Shown here: one piece after another, positions 1-8,575 of the stretch
Position numbering within the stretch: position 1 is the first letter of the stretch
How the letters are laid out: each line of letters opens with the position of its first letter
DNA from: a plasmid
DNA: 64,000 bases
Reading direction: 5' to 3' (one strand)
NCBI RefSeq assembly: GCF_056746865.1
Contig: NZ_JBWKMP010000003.1
Program-made: the position numbers and the translations under genes
Notes under the pieces: model-generated
Told to the model about the DNA's origin: nothing
What the model saw: only the letters and a program-made list of their open reading frames with translations
Database searches by the model: none

Positions 1-288
1 ATCGGCGGAGTGTCATTTGATGGCAGCGCCAATATCGACCTGCCTGGCGTGAATAAAACGGGTAATCAGAGCACTACCGGCAATGCTGCAACCGCAACGA
101 AACTTCAGACGGCAAGAACAATCGGCGGGGTGGCATTTGATGGCACTGCCAATATCAACCTGCCGGGTGTGAACATTGCTGGTAACCAGAACACAACAGG
201 TAATGCTGCAACCGCTACAAAACTGCAAACAGCCCGCACAATCAACGGTGTTAAGTTTGATGGTTCTGCGAACATTTCGATACCAACA
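1..288 (+). repeat. Tandem 120-bp (40-aa) tail-fibre coding repeats, about 2.4 units
   Basis: Units at 1-120 and 121-240 and a partial unit from 241 are near-identical at protein level. Confidence 0.85.
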
Positions 289-1524
289 ATTACGTCCAGA
301 GGGCGTGTTACTGCGCTCACCAGTACAACGCAAGGTGCTACTACTGGATTGCAGATGTATGAGGCGTACAACAACGGCTATCCTTCTGCTTACGGGAATG
401 TGCTTCATCTTAAGGGCGCAGCTGCCGCTGGTGAAGGCGAGTTGTTCATAGGTTGGAGCGGTACAAGTGGTGCTCATGCGCCTGTACATGTACGTTCACG
501 ACGAGATGCTGATACAGCCAGTTGGTCTGAGTGGGCGCAGGTCTACACATCGAAAGATTCCATCCCTGGTGTAAATACCACGGGCAACCAGAACACAACT
601 GGGAACGCGGCGTCTGCAACGAAATTACTAACGGCAAGAACTATTGGTGGTGTTTCATTTAATGGCACCGCAAATATCGACCTGCCGGGCGTGAATAAAA
701 CAGGTAATCAGAGCACTACCGGCAATGCTGCAACTGCAACGAAACTTCAGACGGCACGCACAATCGGCGGGGTTTCGTTTGATGGTACAGCAAACATCAA
801 TCTTCCGGGCGTTAATATTGCCGGAAATCAAAATACAAGTGGTAATGCAGCTACAGCGACAAAGTTAAAAACTGCCAGAAAAATAAGTGGAGTGGCTTTT
901 GATGGTTCTGCAGACATCAGATTAACGGCAAGTCATGTTGGTGCGTTACCAACAACAGGTGGTACTGTTACCGGTGAAATTATATCCAGCAGCCAAAATG
1001 CTATACGCCTAACTTATAATAATAACTATGGATTCCTAATAACTAATACTGGATATAGTTTCCAGATATCAACCACTGGGCAAAATGTTAATGGTGATGT
1101 CGTTTACACTCCATTAAAGATAGATGGCGGTGATGGTCGCGTAGAATTAGGACGTGCTGATGGTCATGTAAGGGTTATGGGGAATTTATCTGCCGCTGGT
1201 CAGATTACCCCTGGTAACTATAGTAATTTCAACACGAAATATCAGGCTAAAAACACAGCATATGCCAACATTCATGGATGGCATAAGGATACATCAACTA
1301 AGGTGATGATGCAGTGGGGGTTTATAACAAATTTAACTCCAGGAAGCGTGGTTAAATTTCCGACTGCTTTTCCTGAGGCGTGTGCGGTAGTTGTGATTTC
1401 GCCTCACAGCGGGAATGCTGTCAATTCAATTCTTTATACATACAACCACTCAGCCACTGGTTTTACAGTGAAAAGTAGCTCCACTGATAAAATATATGCA
1501 CAGTATGTTGCTTATGGGTATTAA
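1..1524 (+). CDS. Tail fibre protein, C-terminal part (ORF open at left window edge)
   Basis: Frame 1 is open from nt 1. It carries multiple 40-aa fibre repeats (IGGVxFDGxANIxLPGVNxxGNQxTTGNAATATKLQTART) and a conserved core (YGNVLHL..GELFIGWSG..VRSRRD..WSEW). A Tfa-type chaperone gene follows. Confidence 0.9.
   Translation: MGGVSFDGSANIDLPGVNKTGNQSTTGNAATATKLQTARTIGGVAFDGTANINLPGVNIAGNQNTTGNAATATKLQTARTINGVKFDGSANISIPTITSRGRVTALTSTTQGATTGLQMYEAYNNGYPSAYGNVLHLKGAAAAGEGELFIGWSGTSGAHAPVHVRSRRDADTASWSEWAQVYTSKDSIPGVNTTGNQNTTGNAASATKLLTARTIGGVSFNGTANIDLPGVNKTGNQSTTGNAATATKLQTARTIGGVSFDGTANINLPGVNIAGNQNTSGNAATATKLKTARKISGVAFDGSADIRLTASHVGALPTTGGTVTGEIISSSQNAIRLTYNNNYGFLITNTGYSFQISTTGQNVNGDVVYTPLKIDGGDGRVELGRADGHVRVMGNLSAAGQITPGNYSNFNTKYQAKNTAYANIHGWHKDTSTKVMMQWGFITNLTPGSVVKFPTAFPEACAVVVISPHSGNAVNSILYTYNHSATGFTVKSSSTDKIYAQYVAYGY
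562..924 (+). repeat. Second block of the same 120-bp tail-fibre repeats, about 3 units
   Basis: Partial unit from 562, full units at 643-762 and 763-882, partial unit 883-924. Confidence 0.85.
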
Positions 1525-1555
1525 AAATATAGTTAATTAGAATGAAGGTGCTTAA

Positions 1556-1978
1556 ATGGCAAAGTATTACAGCAAAGAGACTGGTGGTTTCTACGACGAC
1601 AGACTAAAAGAAGATTACGATAAAAACGGTTCATGGCCGTCCGATACTGTACATATACCTGATGACTTATATGATGAATTGTTATCAGGGTATGGCAATG
1701 GGAAAATAATAATTGCAAATGGCGATGGTTATCCAATGTTATCTGACCCACAACCTATGAGCTTAGAGGATAGAGTCAGCATTGCTGAAAACACCAAAAG
1801 TAGTCTTATGAATGATGTGAGCATAAAAATATCAACGCTTCAGGATGCTGTTGATATGGATATTGCCACTGATGAGGAAATAGAAATGTTGACAAAGTTA
1901 AAGAGGTATAGAGTTCTTCTTAATAGAGTTGACACTTCTGTTGATGCAGATATCTCATGGCCTGAGATGCCTGTATAA
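1556..1978 (+). CDS. Tail fibre assembly chaperone (Tfa / P1 U-like)
   Basis: 140 aa directly after the fibre gene. C-terminal pattern LQDAVDMDIATDEEIEMLTKLKRYRVLLNRVDTS..WPEMP is typical of Tfa proteins. Confidence 0.85.
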   Translation: MAKYYSKETGGFYDDRLKEDYDKNGSWPSDTVHIPDDLYDELLSGYGNGKIIIANGDGYPMLSDPQPMSLEDRVSIAENTKSSLMNDVSIKISTLQDAVDMDIATDEEIEMLTKLKRYRVLLNRVDTSVDADISWPEMPV

Positions 1979-2020
1979 ACAATCATAACAATCCAATCAG
2001 CACTGCTTTTTTGATATTTC

Positions 2021-2048
2021 AAGCCCTCTTTTGTTGAGGGCTTTATTA
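2021..2048 (+). terminator. Intrinsic terminator after the tail-fibre operon
   Basis: Hairpin AAGCCCTC-TTTTGTT-GAGGGCTT followed by a T-rich tract. Confidence 0.6.
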
Positions 2049-2092
2049 GTGAGTGCTTTTGTGACCTTTTTTAGTAATACAATCCTTTGGTA

Positions 2093-2127
2093 CAAAAAAG
2101 CCGCCGTCCAGTCAATGACGGCGGGCA
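2093..2127 (-). terminator. Intrinsic terminator for a leftward transcript
   Basis: Hairpin GCCGCCGTC/GACGGCGGGC followed on the minus strand by CTTTTTTG. Confidence 0.6.
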
Positions 2128-2137
2128 AAATGAACAC

Positions 2138-2356
2138 TCAGTTAGTTGTATCTGAGAGGGGGGCATTATATTCACTGAATGACGCTTGTGAAGACTCACA
2201 TGTCATCATTTTGTCCTCAAGAATCAGCTCACATCTTGCGCATTCAAGCGTATTTCTCTTTAAAGCCGTGTTTGGACCATTTTGTTGATACGCGAATTTG
2301 GCATCCTCCACGCTCTGAGTGACGAGGTTTACGGACCACCGGGCCATCATATGCAT
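2138..2356 (-). CDS. Hypothetical small protein (72 aa); frame and start uncertain
   Basis: The ORF ends 11 nt before the minus-strand terminator. An alternative overlapping frame (2244-2426) exists and I recognise no motif. Confidence 0.3.
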   Translation of the reverse strand: MHMMARWSVNLVTQSVEDAKFAYQQNGPNTALKRNTLECARCELILEDKMMTCESSQASFSEYNAPLSDTTN

Positions 2357-2384
2357 CCATTTTGTGTGAATGGCATTTAGTCGG

Positions 2385-2407
2385 GAAATAACAAACTGGA
2401 TAAGTTG
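2385..2407 (+). promoter_or_regulatory. Candidate late-promoter-type motif GAAATAACAAACTGGATAAGTTG
   Basis: About 32 nt upstream of the lydA start. A near-identical 23-mer lies at 8522-8544 upstream of the portal gene. Confidence 0.35.
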
Positions 2408-2438
2408 AAGCCGCGTTAAACGTCATTTCTGGAGGGGT

Positions 2439-2765
2439 ATGTTTGCAGATTATGAAAATCTGGCTGTAGCAGTCATAACATCCCTGCTGAGTGGAACCGG
2501 CGTATTCCTTCTCGGAGTTAGAGACGGGCGCATTTCTGCGTCACTGCTCAACCTCGCGAGTGAATTGTTTACTGCAGTAACTGCCGGGCTTGCGGGGTTT
2601 TGGGTGGCTGATAGCTATGAATGGCCGGAAGGCATCATTTACTGCGTTGTTCTGATTGCCAGTAACAACGGAAGTGAAATTTTACAGGGCTTGAAGTCCA
2701 GAGCTAGTAACGTCTTGAATCTCTTAAGCGTAATAGCGAGTGGGGGAAAAGGTGGAGAGAAGTAA
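2439..2765 (+). CDS. lydA: Holin-like membrane protein (P1 LydA-like)
   Basis: 108 aa with three hydrophobic segments and SD GGAGGGG. It is first in a lydA-lydB-hdf-darA arrangement as in P1, where LydA is about 109 aa by my recollection. Confidence 0.55.
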   Translation: MFADYENLAVAVITSLLSGTGVFLLGVRDGRISASLLNLASELFTAVTAGLAGFWVADSYEWPEGIIYCVVLIASNNGSEILQGLKSRASNVLNLLSVIASGGKGGEK

Positions 2766-3211
2766 TGGGTGACTTTGGAAATTATTTCATTTTTATCATG
2801 GCATTTGTTGCCGTTATTGACCGTTTCTTATTTCGTCGCAAGAGTGTTGATATTTTGAGCATTGGCGAAGCTGTAGTGAAAGAGTCTGCTATAGCGTTTC
2901 CCGTGTCGCTTCGCGTTAAGCGAAGCTGGGTAAGCAATGCACAAATCGAATATTGGTTGCAGGACTTGAAAAATCCATCTGTGGTTATTTCGGGGAAAAC
3001 AAGACCAGTTGACGCATCAAAACGCGGTGAGAGAGAAGAATATTTGCTCATCGACACGAAATATCTTGAGCCAGCGAAGTGGGATCTAAAGGTCACATTG
3101 ACTAACGGTAATTGCCGCCTGAATCCGCTTTATCGCATTTTCCCTATCAATGACTGCATAGAACGTCAGTTTATGATTGAAAAGTGTGAAGGAGACTGGA
3201 ATGTCAAATAA
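2765..3211 (+). CDS. lydB: LydB-like protein (putative antiholin)
   Basis: 148 aa with an ATGA-type overlap with lydA. Position and size match P1 LydB. Assigned by synteny only. Confidence 0.45.
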   Translation: MGDFGNYFIFIMAFVAVIDRFLFRRKSVDILSIGEAVVKESAIAFPVSLRVKRSWVSNAQIEYWLQDLKNPSVVISGKTRPVDASKRGEREEYLLIDTKYLEPAKWDLKVTLTNGNCRLNPLYRIFPINDCIERQFMIEKCEGDWNVK

Positions 3212-3818
3212 ATCTAATTATGTTCTTCTTAATTATGATGAGTTAAACGAAAAGGGGCTGGCAAAACTCGTCAAAGAAATCGGTAAAGGAGGCTACAAGA
3301 TAGCGAGGGTGATCCCCGCCAGTAATGGCAGGAAGAAAGACGGGATCATGACGCGCACGTTTACCCTTATCGGAATCGATGAGCAGACGATGGACGTTCA
3401 GGTTAATGATACTGGTGATATTTCTGGTGTAAAACTGAACGGAAAAATTGTTCCTTTCAAGCCAGTTAAAACGCTGATGGCTTTAGGGCAATCACTGGCT
3501 GCTTTATTTAATAAAGGCGCATCATCATTTCAGAAATCATTGGCGCGTAAGTTAGCTCGTGCGGCGAAAGATATTGATGATGGGAATAAGAAAATAAAAG
3601 GCGTTAAGTCCAATGCGCAGAAACTAGCAGAGGCAAAGGAATCTCGCGATGCGATCCGCGAGGATATTGAAAGGGCCAAAGAAAAATTAAATCAGGTGCA
3701 AGGTAATTCAGACCGCGCAACAAGAGAAACTGAAATCATTAGAACCGAGATGGCGCAGGAACTGGCGAAAACTCGCGTATTGAAAGAAGAAATAGCGCGC
3801 CTGGAGGAAGATGCATGA
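3201..3818 (+). CDS. hdf: Hdf-like protein (homologue of a DarA fragment)
   Basis: ATG at 3201 has SD AAGGAG 7 nt upstream. The region ..DGIMTRTFTLIG..VKLNGKIVP..LGQSLAALFNKGASSFQK aligns with DarA ..DGQTTSIIFHSP..FLLNKRNVT..VCQALSNLIERNSAKFKK. Confidence 0.6.
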   Translation: MSNKSNYVLLNYDELNEKGLAKLVKEIGKGGYKIARVIPASNGRKKDGIMTRTFTLIGIDEQTMDVQVNDTGDISGVKLNGKIVPFKPVKTLMALGQSLAALFNKGASSFQKSLARKLARAAKDIDDGNKKIKGVKSNAQKLAEAKESRDAIREDIERAKEKLNQVQGNSDRATRETEIIRTEMAQELAKTRVLKEEIARLEEDA

Positions 3819-5740
3819 TAAAGAAACCTATTCGAATAAATATCCAGTCCACTTTTGCAGATACGCTCACTGGATATACGCCTAATCGTTGGGTGGCGGA
3901 AGATATCACCGAGGATGATTTACTTATCGAGCCTGCGACGCTGGAAGATATCGAGCTGGCCTATATGGGCAACGAAATTTTGGTAACTACCAATGAGGCA
4001 ATGTTCGAAGCTTTAACCACAACAAAATTGCGGTTAGCGCAAACAATGCGAGCATTTGTCCGGGCGCTTAATCGCGGCCTGAATGGCACTGACATTGCTG
4101 CGGGTACGGATGAGGCAGGTGAATATGAAGACGGACGTAATAGTATCGGTGGGGCAATCATTGGGCGCGTGCGCCGGGTTGCTAATATCCCTGTTGTAAC
4201 AGCACAAATACCTCTAACCGATGGACAAACGACAAGCATAATTTTCCATTCTCCAACCGCAGACGGCACAAGAATTAAAGGGGATGACGAGCTGGTTGCG
4301 TTTCAGTTTCTTCTTAACAAAAGAAACGTTACGCATGTTGTTGCGCCAATCGGTGGGCGTGATGTATCTCTGAGCCAGGTGTGTCAGGCGCTTTCTAACC
4401 TCATTGAGCGTAACAGTGCAAAATTCAAAAAAGCAAAGGAGCGCCAGGACAAAATGAAGGCTGATATTGAGGGGTATCTCAATGAAGCCGACAAGCTGGC
4501 AGAAGAACGTTCTGTGCTGATTGAGCAGGTTGAAGACGCACAGCGGGGGCTGGCAGAGAAACGCTCAACACTCAATGATATGCAGAATAAATTAGACGCA
4601 CAAAAAGCCCTTAACGGGGAATTGCAGGCTAAGCGCGATAATTTATTGTCAGCTAAGAGCCAAGGAACTAAAGAGCGTGCCTTCAATGATCAACTGCGAC
4701 ACATAAAACATAATCTTGCTACAGAAGGCCAAACAACGCTGGATAATGGTGCTGTAGTTAAGTATGTCACGTCAGGCAGTGATAGCTTTGTCACGATTGA
4801 GGCACCAGAAGGCAATTTCAGTATTGATGTCAGTGCTGTTAAAGGTGGGAGTTCAGCGGACGCTGCAACCAAATTACTTAAAGCCTATCGTGAACATAAT
4901 GCTGATCAATACAAAGTGGATGTGTTGCCGGGCCAGCCTGAGCCAACTGATCAGCCGCAGCCTGAACAGGAGCCACAACCAGCATCACATCCTGATCCCC
5001 TGGAGGTTGGTAAATATCGCTATGCGCTACAATCTCGCCCGGCGGGTGTTGGTGCGGTTCCTGAAGGAAATAAAGCTGTACTTGACCGTCCTGATCAGGC
5101 TGATCCGTATTACGAATATGCTCGTCACGGAATCATTACGTATGACCGCAAACTGACAGACGAAGAAGTCAGTCAGTACGAATTACGCTATCTGCCTGAT
5201 GACGATGAACTGAGAGGGATGGCGAACGAGCTGGTTGCGTCCAGCATGGTAAAACATATTGATGGCTATGTAGATCTGTTTGGAAGTGACCTGAAAACAT
5301 TCAAGGCGCAAGTTAAAATTCTTTTCCGCAAAGCGTTCCCGAACGTGGCATATCCACTTGGTGATGGGGAGAACCTTTTCATTATGGACGTGTATAACGC
5401 CCTTCAAAATCATTCAAGCGAAGTAAAAACAGATCCTGTAGTTGAGCCAGAATCGCAACCTGCACCAGCACCAGAACAGGAGCCGGAGCCAGAAGAAGCG
5501 GGTGAATCAGCAAGCGAAGCTGACCAGGAAGCAGATAAAGCGCTTGAGTACCTGAAATCCGTTCCGGAGCAGTTCACATCCCGCGATCTGACGGTCATAA
5601 GTGCTGAACTTGATCATGTGCAGGAAGCTGCAAACGCTCTTATCAGTGCTGGTCGATATGACGAGAACGAAGCAACTGTAGGTGCAGCCGTTGACTACCT
5701 GATCAATATTCTGGCTGAAATTCAGCAGGGAGGTGCTTAA
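3815..5740 (+). CDS. darA: DarA-like internal head / antirestriction protein
   Basis: 641 aa (P1 DarA is about 639 aa). Central coiled coil, PQPE-rich linkers, operon position after lydAB-hdf. Confidence 0.65.
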   Translation: MIKKPIRINIQSTFADTLTGYTPNRWVAEDITEDDLLIEPATLEDIELAYMGNEILVTTNEAMFEALTTTKLRLAQTMRAFVRALNRGLNGTDIAAGTDEAGEYEDGRNSIGGAIIGRVRRVANIPVVTAQIPLTDGQTTSIIFHSPTADGTRIKGDDELVAFQFLLNKRNVTHVVAPIGGRDVSLSQVCQALSNLIERNSAKFKKAKERQDKMKADIEGYLNEADKLAEERSVLIEQVEDAQRGLAEKRSTLNDMQNKLDAQKALNGELQAKRDNLLSAKSQGTKERAFNDQLRHIKHNLATEGQTTLDNGAVVKYVTSGSDSFVTIEAPEGNFSIDVSAVKGGSSADAATKLLKAYREHNADQYKVDVLPGQPEPTDQPQPEQEPQPASHPDPLEVGKYRYALQSRPAGVGAVPEGNKAVLDRPDQADPYYEYARHGIITYDRKLTDEEVSQYELRYLPDDDELRGMANELVASSMVKHIDGYVDLFGSDLKTFKAQVKILFRKAFPNVAYPLGDGENLFIMDVYNALQNHSSEVKTDPVVEPESQPAPAPEQEPEPEEAGESASEADQEADKALEYLKSVPEQFTSRDLTVISAELDHVQEAANALISAGRYDENEATVGAAVDYLINILAEIQQGGA

Positions 5741-6108
5741 TGGCTATCTCTGTTTTAGAACGCCTGAAATTAGGTAAAGAGCTATCAGATCTAATGCAGG
5801 CGCAGAAAACCGCGCCAGTATTGCAACGCGTCTCAATTGGTAAGCAGATTGTTGATGTGATGCTTAAACTGGGGCTTGGGGCTGCGGCCCAATCAGTATC
5901 GGATCCGCAGGCGCAGCCAGATACTGTTGCAGGTGACATTCCTAAGATAGTGACAGACTTCCTTGGAGGTGCATTCACAAAGTCCACGCAAATGGAATTT
6001 ATTGATGCGCTACGTGGGATCTCAAACTATGTAGGCGAGTTCCTTACGTTGGAACAGGCTAAAGAGCAGACCATAAGCTGGGTGAAAGCCAACGGTTATG
6101 CAGGGTAA
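5740..6108 (+). CDS. DdrA-like small protein downstream of darA
   Basis: 122 aa with a TAATG overlap with darA. Assigned by position only. Confidence 0.45.
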   Translation: MAISVLERLKLGKELSDLMQAQKTAPVLQRVSIGKQIVDVMLKLGLGAAAQSVSDPQAQPDTVAGDIPKIVTDFLGGAFTKSTQMEFIDALRGISNYVGEFLTLEQAKEQTISWVKANGYAG

Positions 6109-6201
6109 TCAAAGGGGCTGAAATGCCCCTTTCACTTTCCTGTAAGTCCATAAATCACACACTTTTTACACTTCCTGCTTTCTATGTAAGGGGAGTGTAT
6201 T

Positions 6202-7587
6202 TTGAACAAGTCAGTTACTTCCGCGCTATCCGAAGCAGCAGACATTAACAGTGTTATTGCGCTGGTTTCTTCATTAGAGAGGCGAGAAACACGCCAGGGG
6301 CGCAGTAGTTACGTAGTCACCAGTAAAGGGGCAGAGGTAAAGACGGCTTTTAAGGTCGTTGATGCCAGCAGTCTGATCATTTCGAACAACCTTGACGGTA
6401 CGATTAATCCGGCCTTCCCGGAAGAACTCCAACCACGAGATCGTACCCGGCTATCCAGCAAACTCCAGGTTAACCGTATTGCCTCCAATTTACGCCCGGC
6501 ACAATTAACGGATTCCGGTATGAGCAGCCACGGAGCGCCGATAGTTGGTCCGGACAACGTTGTTGAATCCGGCAACGGAAGGAGTATGGGTATCTGGCGT
6601 GCCTATGAGCAAGGACAGGCGGATGAGTATCGCCAGTACCTGATCGACCATGCGAAAGAGTTTGGTCTGAATCCTGACGAAATTTCGCAAATGTCTATGC
6701 CCGTACTGGTGCGAGAAAGACTCACAGATGTAGACCGCGCTCAATTTGCCCGCGATTCAAACATTAGCGATCTGCAAGAGATGGCAGCAAGTGAAAAAGC
6801 GTATGCGGATGCGCAATTTCTCACTGAGAGCGTCATGGCGCTATTTAATCCTTCAGATGATGGAAATCTGCTGGCGCGGTCCAATGATGCGTTTATTCGT
6901 GCGTTTTTGCGCGAAATTGGCGATACAGCGACGGCAGGCTTGCTTACTGCCGATGGGCGTCCCACGAAACAGCTTATCGATCGCATCCAGAATGCAATTT
7001 TTGCCAAAGCGTACAAGGATGAAAGGCTTGTTCGGTTGGTGGCGGAAGAGCCAGATCCGGAAATGCGTAACATCCTTACCGCATTAAATACGGCAGCCAG
7101 CGATTTTGCGCAAATGCAGTCGCTTTCAGGTGATGTTCACCATGACACGGTAACCGGACTGGTAGACGGTATAGAGCAATTGAATGGTCTGGATAAACAG
7201 GCTATAGCAGCACTCCAGGACGCGATTAACCTTGTTCGTGAAGCCAAAGACAACGGTCAGGCAGTGGAAGAGGTGATAGCCCAGCGCGGACTCTTCGGTG
7301 ATAGCACGCCGGAAGCTGAGGCGTTGGCGCTATTCATCGTGGCAAATAATCGAAGCGCGAAGCGCATGGGGGCTGCATTCAAAAAAATGGCACAAAAAAT
7401 CAACGACGAACTGATTCATAAACAGCAGGCGTTGGGCGATATGTTCGGCGGTGGAGATGTCGATCTACGTAGTATTTTGACCGCTGTTTCTAATGAGATT
7501 GAACTGGAACATGGAGAGGGGAAAGGGCTTAACTTCACGATGTTCGAAGCCAAAACAGAACAAAGCGATTTTGGGCTGGAAACCTGA
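6202..7587 (+). CDS. DdrB-like protein with putative ParB/Srx-like N-terminal domain
   Basis: TTG start with SD AAGGGGAG. N-terminal motifs ELQPRDR and VVESGNGRSMG resemble ParB-type nuclease-fold motifs. Last gene of the dar operon. Confidence 0.45.
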   Translation: MNKSVTSALSEAADINSVIALVSSLERRETRQGRSSYVVTSKGAEVKTAFKVVDASSLIISNNLDGTINPAFPEELQPRDRTRLSSKLQVNRIASNLRPAQLTDSGMSSHGAPIVGPDNVVESGNGRSMGIWRAYEQGQADEYRQYLIDHAKEFGLNPDEISQMSMPVLVRERLTDVDRAQFARDSNISDLQEMAASEKAYADAQFLTESVMALFNPSDDGNLLARSNDAFIRAFLREIGDTATAGLLTADGRPTKQLIDRIQNAIFAKAYKDERLVRLVAEEPDPEMRNILTALNTAASDFAQMQSLSGDVHHDTVTGLVDGIEQLNGLDKQAIAALQDAINLVREAKDNGQAVEEVIAQRGLFGDSTPEAEALALFIVANNRSAKRMGAAFKKMAQKINDELIHKQQALGDMFGGGDVDLRSILTAVSNEIELEHGEGKGLNFTMFEAKTEQSDFGLET

Positions 7588-7698
7588 CCTGGCGACCGGA
7601 CACCCCGGATAACCTCCGGGGGATTCGGTATTTCTTCTTTGAATAGAGCGTTTTTAACAAATACCCCGTAAATACTCGCCCAGCAGGGCGGGGAGCAG

Positions 7699-8130
7699 TC
7701 ACCGCATTGGTGTGACAGATACGGCGATATTTTTATTCAGTTGATGCAGTGCCAGCTCGACAGTTTCAACTTTCGATGAATGTTCGACGTCGAGAAGCCG
7801 ATCAATCTGTGTTCCATTTTTTCCGAGTTTGCGCGCCAACTCTGCTTTGCGTGTGCCGGTTTCTATCATCGCGTTGTGGAGTGCAGCCTTCATTGCTGGT
7901 AGCACTGGCAAAGAGACAACGTACTCACCTTCTTTTGGCTCGCTACCAGTGGGAACAGGTCGGCGTTCTTCAATCTCAATCGCAACCGCTGCGACCAATC
8001 CATAACCAGCCTCAAGCAACGCTTCTTCAACTGAGTCACCCACGGAATTAAACAATGGTAGGTCGCGGCATGATACGACATACGCGCCGGTTTTGTCGTC
8101 GCGCTCCAGTTTTACCGGATAGTTAAACAT
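7699..8130 (-). CDS. hicB: HicB-family antitoxin
   Basis: 143 aa. HicB-type N-terminus (MFNYPVKLERDDKTGAYVVSCRDLP..EEAL) plus a C-terminal HTH (RKAELARKLGKNGTQIDRLL). Sits downstream of hicA. Confidence 0.9.
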   Translation of the reverse strand: MFNYPVKLERDDKTGAYVVSCRDLPLFNSVGDSVEEALLEAGYGLVAAVAIEIEERRPVPTGSEPKEGEYVVSLPVLPAMKAALHNAMIETGTRKAELARKLGKNGTQIDRLLDVEHSSKVETVELALHQLNKNIAVSVTPMR

Positions 8131-8160
8131 AGAGAAGCTCCTAGTGAAAAAGGCTGGGGC

Positions 8161-8343
8161 TTAAAGCCCCAGGTCCTTCATTATTTTCTTGCGTAGCGGT
8201 TCAGGCATTTCCTTTGAACCGTGGTCCGGGAAAACCGACCGCTTTCCGTTCAGGTTCACTTTCTGATGACTGCCGCCACCAGGCGCTTTCCTGAACTCTG
8301 CCCCTTGCTGGATTAACCAGCGTTTGAACTCTGAATACTTCAC
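8161..8343 (-). CDS. hicA: HicA mRNA-interferase toxin
   Basis: 60 aa: MKYSEFKRWLIQQGAEFRKAPGGGSHQKV.. is a classic HicA sequence pattern. Confidence 0.9.
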   Translation of the reverse strand: MKYSEFKRWLIQQGAEFRKAPGGGSHQKVNLNGKRSVFPDHGSKEMPEPLRKKIMKDLGL

Positions 8344-8521
8344 AAGTTTCCTTATGCAATTTATCCATCATGGGCGATAAGAATAGTAACACAAAAGATA
8401 TAAAACACAACAAAAATGTCTATAAACATAACTTCCTTGTTTGGTGGTTGCGTTTTTGGAAAAGCATTTCCGCATATGAAAAAACATCAGCATATGGTGA
8501 AAACAACGAAAAATTACTGAT

Positions 8522-8544
8522 GAAATCACACACTGGATAAGCTG
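8522..8544 (+). promoter_or_regulatory. Candidate late-promoter-type motif GAAATCACACACTGGATAAGCTG
   Basis: About 32 nt upstream of the portal start. Matches 2385-2407 at 20 of 23 positions. Confidence 0.35.
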
Positions 8545-8575
8545 CCACGAAATCGGAAACCTTTTGCGGTGAATC

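Noticed and set aside
1979-2438. Possible invertible tail-fibre segment / cin-cix system after the Tfa gene
   Set aside because: There is no invertase ORF, no inverted alternative fibre tip or Tfa, and no cix-like inverted repeats. Only two terminators and an uncertain small ORF are present.
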